Assembly: GCF_009858245.1 (NCBI RefSeq)
Contig: NZ_VMSB01000001.1
Location: 2,453,623-2,485,622, forward strand
Direction: 5' to 3'
Origin: Ornithinibacter aureus
Lineage (GTDB): Bacteria; Actinomycetota; Actinomycetes; Actinomycetales; Dermatophilaceae
DNA length: 32,000 nucleotides
Shown here one piece after another: positions 9,170 through 16,333 of the stretch (position 1 is the first letter of the stretch; every line of letters starts with the position of its first letter). A model generated the notes under the pieces. The model was not told where the DNA came from. It saw nothing but the letters and a program-made list of their open reading frames with translations, and did not search any database. The translations under genes and the position numbers were made by a program.

Positions 9170-9963
9170 TGTTCGTCCGCCTCGTCAAGCGCCCGAGACA
9201 CGCCGTCCTGAGCCCTCTGCTGGAGGTATCTGACGTACAGAGAGGCAGGAACGATCAGTTCCTCGTGCTCGGAGCCTAGAACCTGCACGAGTGCGGAGAA
9301 CTCGCGATACAGAGGCTCGCTGGATACTTGAGTGAGAAGCAGGCGTGGATTGTCCAACCGGAGTGCCTGTGCAAGTTGAGGCTCGTAGGCGAGCGAGTTC
9401 ACGACGGCCGGAGGAGAAGTGAAAAGCGCCGTCTTGCCGGCGGCGCGAAGGAAGTCGACACGTGGCGCGAATGCTTCCAGTCCCGACAGGAACGCGAGGT
9501 CGCCCCTCCCTTGTGCAGTCAACCTGTAGCAGTTGGTGCCTTCATCAGCGTCCTCGGATCGGGTGCGGAGCAAGCGAGCCGACGCCACGAGATCTGAAAG
9601 GGCGGCCTCGATGGCGGGGCTGAACGGAAGCGTCGGAGGCACAGCACTGAACGCGTAGCCCCACTCGGAGGCAGGCTCGCCTTTGTAGACGGACATAAGG
9701 CACCCCAGGTACGCAAACGTCTGAAGTTCGAGCCGGCTAGGCGAGCCCTGGGGTTCCAGAACAGCCACAAGATAGAGAACATCGAAGGTGGCTGCCGGTT
9801 GCCAGTCTTGCAGGGCTTCCCACGCGGTGTCCTCTAAGCCGTCGTCTACGAAGTCAGAGCCGCTCTCCTCATTGAACGTCTCCGCATCGTCGAGCTCTAG
9901 ATCTCCGAGCGTCAATTCATCAGTCATTGAGCGCCGCCAAGGGTTCGGAACCGCCGTTGTCAA
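9166..9963 (-). CDS. Acidic hypothetical protein; candidate 'middle component'/kleisin-like adaptor of the ATPase-nuclease operon
   Basis: It lies between the ATPase and the nuclease and overlaps both. The N-tail (DELTLGDLELDDAETFNEESGSDFVDDGLED) and C-tail (LDEADEQ) are acidic. The TTG start at 9963 has GAGGAGG 3 nt upstream. An alternative ATG at 9927 overlaps the ATPase stop by 8 nt (AATGACTGA). Confidence 0.7.
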   Translation of the reverse strand: MTTAVPNPWRRSMTDELTLGDLELDDAETFNEESGSDFVDDGLEDTAWEALQDWQPAATFDVLYLVAVLEPQGSPSRLELQTFAYLGCLMSVYKGEPASEWGYAFSAVPPTLPFSPAIEAALSDLVASARLLRTRSEDADEGTNCYRLTAQGRGDLAFLSGLEAFAPRVDFLRAAGKTALFTSPPAVVNSLAYEPQLAQALRLDNPRLLLTQVSSEPLYREFSALVQVLGSEHEELIVPASLYVRYLQQRAQDGVSRALDEADEQ

Positions 9964-11932
9964 GCGCCTCCTCGATGGCCCCGTAGGCCTTCTCGAAGAG
10001 ATGTTCTTCTTCGACCTGGACGTCAGTTAACGTGGTCCACTCGGTCATCCGAACGAATTGCATCTTGGCTCGACCGGATCGTTCGGCCATGCGCGTGAGC
10101 AATTGGGAGGTGTTGACATTGGCAGTCATTATGACTTGGTCCCCGTCGGCAGTGAATGAAGCAAACATGTCGCCTGCCTTCGCCTCGTAGGCGATGTCGA
10201 GTGCTCCCTCGGGAGTGTCGATCAGAAGGCACGCGGGGCCACTTCCGCTGGTCATGTGCTGGGCGAGGCTCATGCGAAGCGCGATGTCGAGGAAGAAGCG
10301 CTGACTTTCTGAGAGTTGCTCAGACCGTCGTCGATGGGTGCCGCTCACCGAAAGAGCAAGGTGAGCCATCCCTGAGATCCCAGAGCCTGCGTCAAGTGTG
10401 ACCTGCAAGGGCAGGCCCATGAACTCCTCCGCGAGGCGACGGAACCGCGGAACGAACTCCACCTCCGCCTCGTTCCACGCGGACTTCAACTGTGCCTGAA
10501 TTGGCTCATAGGATGCGAGCGCCTCGGCTCGAAGTCGCAGGTGTTCTTCCTTCCGTCCGAGCAAGACGTCAATCGAGCCCTCCAGTTGCGAGATCCGATC
10601 GCGCAGGAGCCCTTCATCGGCGTCGGCGGGCTCTTCCTCCGATGGCAGTTCGTGATGCGCCTGCATCTCGGAGACTTCGTTGATGATCGAAGCCAGTTCC
10701 CGTTGCTTCTCTCGGACCTCTCCGTCGAGCCGCTCGATCGTCTTCGCGAGGCCCGTCGATCGGCGCGAGACGGCTGCAAGTTCCTGATCGAGAGCAACAA
10801 GGCGCTCCTGCGCCTCCTCGGCGTCCGAAGGGTCGTGGACCAAGTCAGCTGTGCAAAGGGGGCACTTGTTGAGCGCGACTGCTGCTTTGATCGCGACCGG
10901 ACCCGTCGAGTGCTGGGTGCCGCAGATACGGCACTGGTGGTCCGAGAGACTTTGTCCGATGATCGCGTGGAGCTGAGGGCCAGCACTGGTGCGGCCAAGA
11001 CGCCGCATGAAAGCTTCGTCGTACTCAAGGCGTTTCCGCATCCGCGTTGCGCTTGCCTCAGCGAACTCCAGTCGGGAATCGGCCAGTTCGGTGCGCAGCG
11101 CATTGCGCTCGACCGTGATCCGCTCACGATCGGATTGCAAGTTGCGGTAGCGATCCATGACGCTCTCATCGACCCCGGACTTCCGGCGCAACTGACCGGT
11201 CACGCGCTCTAGCTCGTTGCGCGCCAAGGTTGCTTGGTACTGAGCGTTGCGCGCCTGCGACCCAGCGGCGGCGGCGGCTTTTCGGAGCTCGTCGACTTGC
11301 TTCGCCAAACTGGGATCGAGTCCAAGCGCAAGGTACAGAACCAACTCGGTCGCACGGGTGTCCCAGAAGAGGAGGTGTCGGTGCTCGTCGAACGAGAACA
11401 CAAAGTGTTGGAGAAAGACGAACTGCGCGAACGTCTGCAGGCCGGTGTCCTGGACCAGTCGAACTTCGTACAGACGGTGTCGTTCCTCGGCGTCCATGTG
11501 AGGTTCGTGCGCCACGACCGTTCGGCCCTCGCCGTCAGACACGGAGAACTCCTCGAGCTCGTGAGCAGCGAAGAAGCGCCGTCGCACGTAGTACTCGAAT
11601 TCGCCGACCCTGAATCGGAGAGCAACGCTTGCGCTCGGCCGATCCAGTTCGGCGATCCTGCCAGTGAAGTACTTGGTTCCGTAGGCTGACGCATCGCGCT
11701 GGTATCGCGAGAGTTGCTCGACTCGCACGTTTGGCGGCGCCACCCCACCCGTGAGGCCGTAGTTCAGAGCGGCGATGAAGCTCGACTTGCCAAGGCCATT
11801 GGCCCCAGCCAGACAGAACACGTCCCGGTCGATGTCGATCGTCACCGTCGGCTTGACGCGGTACAGGCTGAACGCGTTGAGCGCCACCTCGCGCAGATGC
11901 GGCAACTTGGTCTGTCGCCGTTCGGCGCTCAC
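9920..11932 (-). CDS. Rad50/SMC-like ABC ATPase with coiled-coil insert and central Zn ribbon
   Basis: Walker A GANGLGKS (aa 43-50, nt 11783-11806). ABC signature LSESQ (aa 540-544, nt 10301-10315). Walker B CLLID + E575 (D572 at nt 10217-10219). About 300 aa of heptad-like, charged sequence lies in between. CRIC-x20-CPLC sits at aa 334-360 of 670 (nt 10853-10933). GTG start with GAGGAG SD 7 nt upstream. Confidence 0.9.
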   Translation of the reverse strand: MSAERRQTKLPHLREVALNAFSLYRVKPTVTIDIDRDVFCLAGANGLGKSSFIAALNYGLTGGVAPPNVRVEQLSRYQRDASAYGTKYFTGRIAELDRPSASVALRFRVGEFEYYVRRRFFAAHELEEFSVSDGEGRTVVAHEPHMDAEERHRLYEVRLVQDTGLQTFAQFVFLQHFVFSFDEHRHLLFWDTRATELVLYLALGLDPSLAKQVDELRKAAAAAGSQARNAQYQATLARNELERVTGQLRRKSGVDESVMDRYRNLQSDRERITVERNALRTELADSRLEFAEASATRMRKRLEYDEAFMRRLGRTSAGPQLHAIIGQSLSDHQCRICGTQHSTGPVAIKAAVALNKCPLCTADLVHDPSDAEEAQERLVALDQELAAVSRRSTGLAKTIERLDGEVREKQRELASIINEVSEMQAHHELPSEEEPADADEGLLRDRISQLEGSIDVLLGRKEEHLRLRAEALASYEPIQAQLKSAWNEAEVEFVPRFRRLAEEFMGLPLQVTLDAGSGISGMAHLALSVSGTHRRRSEQLSESQRFFLDIALRMSLAQHMTSGSGPACLLIDTPEGALDIAYEAKAGDMFASFTADGDQVIMTANVNTSQLLTRMAERSGRAKMQFVRMTEWTTLTDVQVEEEHLFEKAYGAIEEALDNGGSEPLAALND

Positions 11933-12024
11933 GAAATGTCTCCTCGGGTTTGCGGACTGTGCGGCCTAAGTCTGCACAGGTATTGCTACCAGACATCCGG
12001 CCATGCCGCTGATGAACGGACTCC

Positions 12025-12044
12025 AAAACGGCCGGGTGGCCGTT
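12025..12044 (-). terminator. Intrinsic-terminator-like hairpin after the DUF4238-like gene
   Basis: On the minus strand, AACGGCC-ACCC-GGCCGTT is followed by a U run (GTTTTGG), 18 nt after the stop at 12062. Confidence 0.4.
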
Positions 12045-12061
12045 CAAGTTCAACAGGTCGC

Positions 12062-12940
12062 CTACGGGGCTGGCCGTCGGAACATCTGCACGACACGAAC
12101 CTGCTCCTGAAGCGAGTTCAGCAGAGTTGCCCCGGCGGCCGTCAGCTCACGAACCTCGGCGACGTCGTGCATCGATACGAACAAGCGGGGTCCCAAGGGC
12201 ATACCCGCCGCGGTGGCGTCCCCCAAGGCAACGCCCTGCGAGGGGTTTAGCCCCTTCCTGCGGCCGGAAGGCGTCAGAACGGGGGCGTCGGACATAACCA
12301 GGTCCTCCACTCCGTCACCACAGAGCAGCACCTGAACATGACTGCGAGCGAGGTGGCTGCGTGCGAACCCGTAAAACTCCGGGACGCGGGCAGCGAAGTG
12401 GCGCCCGTCGAGCACCTCTTCGGGGCCCGTATGCAGTTCCGCATTGAGGGCGTCGAGTTCCGCAGGTGTGGCCGTGCGGCCTGTCCGCCTCTCGAACAGC
12501 CCCGCGAGAACGTGATCACCTCGACTCCGGAACTCGTCGCGATGCCTGGCCTGCACCCTCAGCCACGATTGGTGGGCCGCGGTCTTCACGGCCTTGCTGC
12601 GGGCCCAGTGCAGGGCGATGCAGTCACGCAAGGTCGACTCCTCGGGCGAACCCGGCTCCGGAGCCACACCTTGGAGCGCAACGGAGATGGCTTGGGGCAG
12701 GCGTGTCTCCACGGTTTGCCAAAGGGCCTCGACCTGCCCACTGTCATGTTCGACGAAGTCGCTGACATATCCGACCGCTGCAGGGGAGCGGAGACGCCAC
12801 CGTCCGGGTCTGCGGGAGTCCTCAACCTCTAGGTGTCGGTCGACTGCGAACTGTGCCAGAACGACGCGGGACACCACGTGCTGCTTGGTGACCGACGCAT
12901 TCACAGGGCTCATCCTCCTGGCTGCTTCCTGAGCCAACAC
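12062..12940 (-). CDS. DUF4238-like protein
   Basis: N-terminal KQHVVSRVVLAQF resembles the DUF4238 'HyvPqfyLrrF' start, and LVMSDAPVL resembles its 'SDnPv' motif. Both comparisons are from memory of the family. GTG start at 12940, or ATG at 12913. Confidence 0.65.
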   Translation of the reverse strand: MLAQEAARRMSPVNASVTKQHVVSRVVLAQFAVDRHLEVEDSRRPGRWRLRSPAAVGYVSDFVEHDSGQVEALWQTVETRLPQAISVALQGVAPEPGSPEESTLRDCIALHWARSKAVKTAAHQSWLRVQARHRDEFRSRGDHVLAGLFERRTGRTATPAELDALNAELHTGPEEVLDGRHFAARVPEFYGFARSHLARSHVQVLLCGDGVEDLVMSDAPVLTPSGRRKGLNPSQGVALGDATAAGMPLGPRLFVSMHDVAEVRELTAAGATLLNSLQEQVRVVQMFRRPAP

Positions 12941-13277
12941 GGCAATGATGTCCGTTGCCCTATGTCCCGACCCAACAGCGGGCCGTCGAGCCTATAGTGC
13001 GGCGCGCCGTGGGGTATCCCCCCGGACTCAAGTCCGAACACAGACCTTACAACGGCCGGACTCGGCGCCTAGGACCGAGAGCCCTACTCGTCGGAGTGAC
13101 CCTCCATCTGCGTAGCGACCAATGTGGGATCTGCGCATCTCGGCTCGCGGCGGAGAACGAGCTCAAGCCGCGGGCGCACGGTCGTCGCGGCAGGTTGTGC
13201 CACAGGGAGGAGAGATCGGGTGCCAGAAGCCCTCCCGGCAGGGACGTCGAAGGAGTCAACGCCTTTCGGGAACCACC

Positions 13278-13285
13278 CACCACTG
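13278..13285. repeat. 8-bp direct repeat CACCACTG (copy 2); possible attR core
   Basis: Identical to 2783-2790 at the tRNA-Leu 3' end. No similarity extends beyond the octamer. Confidence 0.3.
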
Positions 13286-13327
13286 AGTGAGACCCCGACA
13301 GGCTTGTTGTCGGGGTCTCACTCTTTT
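13285..13327 (+). terminator. Strong Rho-independent terminator with no upstream plus-strand gene
   Basis: Perfect 16-bp stem GAGTGAGACCCCGACA/TGTCGGGGTCTCACTC with a 7-nt loop, followed by TTTT. Confidence 0.7.
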
Positions 13328-13445
13328 GCGGCCTCGGCGGGGTGCACGAAACCGGGGTCATGACACCGATTTCGTGCAGCACCGCCAGCGGGGAGAGGCA
13401 CGAACCACCTTGGGGTTGGTTCACGCGGGGCCCTGACGGCGTGTG

Positions 13446-14678
13446 TCACGTGAACAGGGCCTGACCCAGCACCTCACCCTCGCGAGCCCCGGGCAGCACC
13501 GCGAACACGGCTGACCCGACCGGGGTGGTCCACAGGTTGAGCAGGTCGAGCTCGGCGAGGCGGGCCTGCACCGGTACGAACTGGCGCACGGGGTCGGCCT
13601 GGTACGTGACGAACACCAGCCCCGACGAACTCGTCGACCCGGCATCCGGCGCATCGTCGTACGAGTAGGGCCGACGAAGGAACCGCTCGTGCGGGGCGCT
13701 GGCGTGCGCCCGGCGGATGTGCGCCGCGTCGTCGATGACGTGGAAGCCGAGCCCGTCGACGGCCTCGAGGTCGGGCGCCGTGTGGAGCCCGCCCCCGGTC
13801 ACGGGTGCCCCCGTCGCCAGCCTGCGCCCGATCGCGTTCTCCCGCGAGAGCCGGTCGACCCGGTCCCAGCCGTCGAGGTCCATCTCGATCCGCCGGACGA
13901 CGACCGAGCTGCCGCCGCGCAACCAGGCCGGCCCGGCATCCGCGCTCCACAGCAGGTCGGCGTCGAGCCCAGCCACGTCGGGCTGAACCGTGCCGTCGAC
14001 TTGCCCGAACAGGTTGCGCATCGGCACCCCCGGCCCCTCGTGCGGTTCCCGGAAGCCGCGCTGCACCCACCGCACCGACGCCAGCCCGCCCGCCCCTGAG
14101 AGGAGGCGGCGCTGGGCGTGGGCCACCGTCGTCGGGCTGGTCGCGCAGATCTGGAGCAGCAGGTCGCCGCCACTCCACCGAGGGTGCAGGCGGTCGATCG
14201 AGAAGGCGGGCAGCGGTGCCAACCAGGCCGGCACAGGCGCCCCGACGATCTCCACCACGCGCCGCCCGACCCCGACCGTCACGGTCAGCTCGGCCGTGAC
14301 CGAGGCGAGTTCGGGCTCCTGGTCGGTCAGGGTGCCGCGGCCCGCCATGAGCCGCTCGATGTCGTCGGTCCACACGGTGAGCAGCCGCCGCACCACGTCG
14401 GAGTCCGCCCCGTCCACGAGATCGAGGGCGACGAACGTCGCGTACGCCGCAGGAGCCTCGAGGATGCCGGCCTGGTGTGGCCCGCGGAAGGGGCGCGCCA
14501 CGGCATCCGGCCCCGTCGCCCGCGTGCCCGGTGGAACCGCCGGGACGGCGCTCGCCGGGCCCCCGGATGCCGCCGTCGCGATGGCTGCCGTGGCCGCGAG
14601 ACCGGCCCCGGCGAGCCCCGAGAGCAGGACCGAACGGCGGCCGGACTGCGCCGCTCGGCCCTGGTCGGGTGTGCTCAT
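13446..14678 (-). CDS. Dyp-type peroxidase (EfeB/DtpA-like), Tat-exported
   Basis: ATG at 14678 within the longer ORF gives MSTPDQGRAAQSGRRSVLLSGLAG (twin-arginine signal). DyP GxxDG motif FGQVDGT. C-terminal VFVTYQADP. Confidence 0.85.
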   Translation of the reverse strand: MSTPDQGRAAQSGRRSVLLSGLAGAGLAATAAIATAASGGPASAVPAVPPGTRATGPDAVARPFRGPHQAGILEAPAAYATFVALDLVDGADSDVVRRLLTVWTDDIERLMAGRGTLTDQEPELASVTAELTVTVGVGRRVVEIVGAPVPAWLAPLPAFSIDRLHPRWSGGDLLLQICATSPTTVAHAQRRLLSGAGGLASVRWVQRGFREPHEGPGVPMRNLFGQVDGTVQPDVAGLDADLLWSADAGPAWLRGGSSVVVRRIEMDLDGWDRVDRLSRENAIGRRLATGAPVTGGGLHTAPDLEAVDGLGFHVIDDAAHIRRAHASAPHERFLRRPYSYDDAPDAGSTSSSGLVFVTYQADPVRQFVPVQARLAELDLLNLWTTPVGSAVFAVLPGAREGEVLGQALFT

Positions 14679-15253
14679 GAGTGGGTGGGGCTCGGTGCGT
14701 ACGACTCCTGCGCGCCGGTGAAGGCCCGCACCGGCACCTCGAGGGTGATGTCCCCGTCGCTCGTGGTGAGCGTCAGGGTGGTGGTGGTGCCGGTCTCGAG
14801 GGGGCCGGTCAGCATCATGAGCATGACGTGGTCGGCGCCGGGCTCGAGCACGTGCGTGCCTCCGGCGGGGATGACGATGCCGCCGGCCTTGGGCTGCATC
14901 TGCATCGCGCCGGTGTCGTTCTTCACCGTCTCGTGCAGCTCCACCATGCCGGCCGCCGGGCTGCTGCCGCCTGTGATGGTGACCTCGTGGTCGGTGGTGT
15001 TGCGCAGGGTTCCGAACGCGGCGGTCATCGGCTCCGTGCCGGCCATGGCGTCGTCGCTCGCCTTGACCCAGCCGTCCTCGAGCACCACGGCGGCGGCGCC
15101 TTCGGTGGTCTCCGGCGTCGTCGACGACGAGGTGGATGCCGTGGCACCGGTTGGGGTGGACGGGTCCTGTCCGCAGGCGGTCAGGGTGAGGACGAGGGTG
15201 GCGGCTGCACCGAGGGTGAGGGCGCGGCTGATCGAACGGGTCGTGCTGGACAT
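14675..15253 (-). CDS. Copper chaperone PCu(A)C family lipoprotein
   Basis: Lipobox LTLTAC. Met/His copper motifs MVELHETV, GAMQMQP and ADHVMLM. The stop overlaps the peroxidase start (ATGA). Confidence 0.85.
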   Translation of the reverse strand: MSSTTRSISRALTLGAAATLVLTLTACGQDPSTPTGATASTSSSTTPETTEGAAAVVLEDGWVKASDDAMAGTEPMTAAFGTLRNTTDHEVTITGGSSPAAGMVELHETVKNDTGAMQMQPKAGGIVIPAGGTHVLEPGADHVMLMMLTGPLETGTTTTLTLTTSDGDITLEVPVRAFTGAQESYAPSPTHS

Positions 15254-15333
15254 GAGGTCTCCTGGAACTGGCGTGCGGGATCACACCCGCGGGGAAGGGG
15301 TCAGCGCGTGGCCGACCCCGTCGCGGAGCCGGC

Positions 15334-15957
15334 TCAGGTGACGGGCAGGGGCGGGCCCCGGCCGCCGAGGGGGCGCAGCGCCCGGCTGGTCGGGGTGGTC
15401 AAGGCGCCGGCCTCGACGGCAAGGCGCAGGATGCCGTGGGCGAACCGCAGGCTCAGCGGCTGGGGGAGCAGCGCGCGCACGACGGCGCGTACGGCATCCT
15501 CCCCGCGGGAGAGGAGTACGGCGGCGACCACGGTCGCGATCGCGTGGGCCGCGAGCATGCCTGGCGTGACGTGCAGGCTGGCGAGCAGGGAGGTGCCAGC
15601 CGCGCCCATCGAGGTGACGGTCGCCCCTGCGGCGGCCACGGCATCCGAGGTCGGGAGACCCGACGCCCCGTGGACGTGCGGGGCCATGCTCGTGCCGCGG
15701 CCCGGAGCCATCATCACGAGCGTGACGTGGGTGAGCACCTGCCCGGCGCCCATGGCCACGCCGAGGCGGGTGGCGGAGGCGCCGCGCCGCACCAGGGCCC
15801 ACACGAGCGGGCCGACGAGGGCGGCGAGGATGAGCACCGCGAGGGGTTGCGGGCCGGTGGCGCCGCCGAGGCTGTGCGCGGTGTGGCCCAGGCCGATGAC
15901 GACGAGGGTGGCGACGAGGGCGCGCAGCATCCGGGCATCGCGCGTGCGCTGCGGCAT
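15334..15957 (-). CDS. His-rich integral membrane protein, unknown family
   Basis: Several hydrophobic helices with His clusters (GHTAHSLGG, THVTLVMM, MAPHVHG, LHVTPGMLAAHA). The start is placed at MPQRTRD (15957), with an alternative at 15930. The ORF extends to 16011. Confidence 0.6.
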   Translation of the reverse strand: MPQRTRDARMLRALVATLVVIGLGHTAHSLGGATGPQPLAVLILAALVGPLVWALVRRGASATRLGVAMGAGQVLTHVTLVMMAPGRGTSMAPHVHGASGLPTSDAVAAAGATVTSMGAAGTSLLASLHVTPGMLAAHAIATVVAAVLLSRGEDAVRAVVRALLPQPLSLRFAHGILRLAVEAGALTTPTSRALRPLGGRGPPLPVT

Positions 15958-16035
15958 CCCGGTCACGAGATGAGCGTAGCCACGGCTCCTGACCGGCTCG
16001 CGCCCGGTCAAGGGGCACGACTGTCAGTCCTCGTC

Positions 16036-16071
16036 TCTACCGTCTACCCCATGAAGAAGGTAGACTCTACC
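16036..16071 (+). promoter_or_regulatory. Putative VapB operator: four TCTACC/GGTAGA hexamers
   Basis: TCTACC occurs at 16036, 16043 and 16066, and GGTAGA at 16059. Together they form the palindrome GGTAGA-C-TCTACC, which abuts the vapB ATG at 16073. Confidence 0.4.
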
Positions 16072-16072
16072 C

Positions 16073-16333
16073 ATGGGGCTGAACATCAAGAACGAGCGCG
16101 TGCACCGTCTGGCTCGCGAGGCGGCGCGCGTGACGGGGCGCACCCAGACCGGCGCGATCGAGGAGGCCCTGGTGAGGCTGCTGCGCGAGTACGACGTCGA
16201 CCCCGACCAGGCCCGCACCGCGCCGGTGGTCGACCGCGTCCTGGCCATCGCGGCGCAGTGGCAGGCCGATCCTGGGCGGGGTCACCTGCGCGCCGAGGAC
16301 CTGTACGACGAGGTGACCGGGCTGCCCCGATGA
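16073..16333 (+). CDS. vapB: Type II antitoxin, VapB family
   Basis: MGLNIKNERVHRLAREAARVTGRTQTGAIEEAL is typical of the VapB (Rv0623-like) family. The stop overlaps the vapC start (ATGA). Confidence 0.85.
   Translation: MGLNIKNERVHRLAREAARVTGRTQTGAIEEALVRLLREYDVDPDQARTAPVVDRVLAIAAQWQADPGRGHLRAEDLYDEVTGLPR

Larger units (their letters stand above)
2783..13285. mobile_element. tRNA-Leu-associated genomic island (~10.5 kb), probably immobilised
   Basis: It starts at the tRNA 3' end and has lower GC than the flanks in hand-counted lines. It contains decayed recombinase and transposase genes plus defence-type cargo. It holds only 1 copy of the host-enriched octamer GGATGCCG versus ~39 in the flanks. 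It is bounded by the 8-bp repeat CACCACTG. Confidence 0.5.

Noticed and set aside
13005-13035. CGTGGGGTATCCCCCCGGAC, which resembles the tRNA-Leu T-arm (GTGGGGGTTCAAATCCCCCC), as a possible attR or tRNA fragment.
   Set aside because: The match needs a 6-nt deletion of the T-loop and has no acceptor-stem continuation. It is too weak to call.
13118-13145. TGGGAT...ATCTCGG, which resembles the sequence just downstream of the tRNA (2789-2815), as an alternative island boundary.
   Set aside because: Only ~15 of 24 positions match, with a gap. The region lies outside the tRNA itself, which is not how tRNA-targeting att duplications normally look.
12955-13290. A 111-aa plus-strand ORF ending exactly at the orphan terminator.
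   Set aside because: The translation is Arg-rich and motif-free, with no SD and no codon bias resembling either the island or the core genes. The placement of the terminator is better explained by a displaced tRNA terminator or an sRNA.
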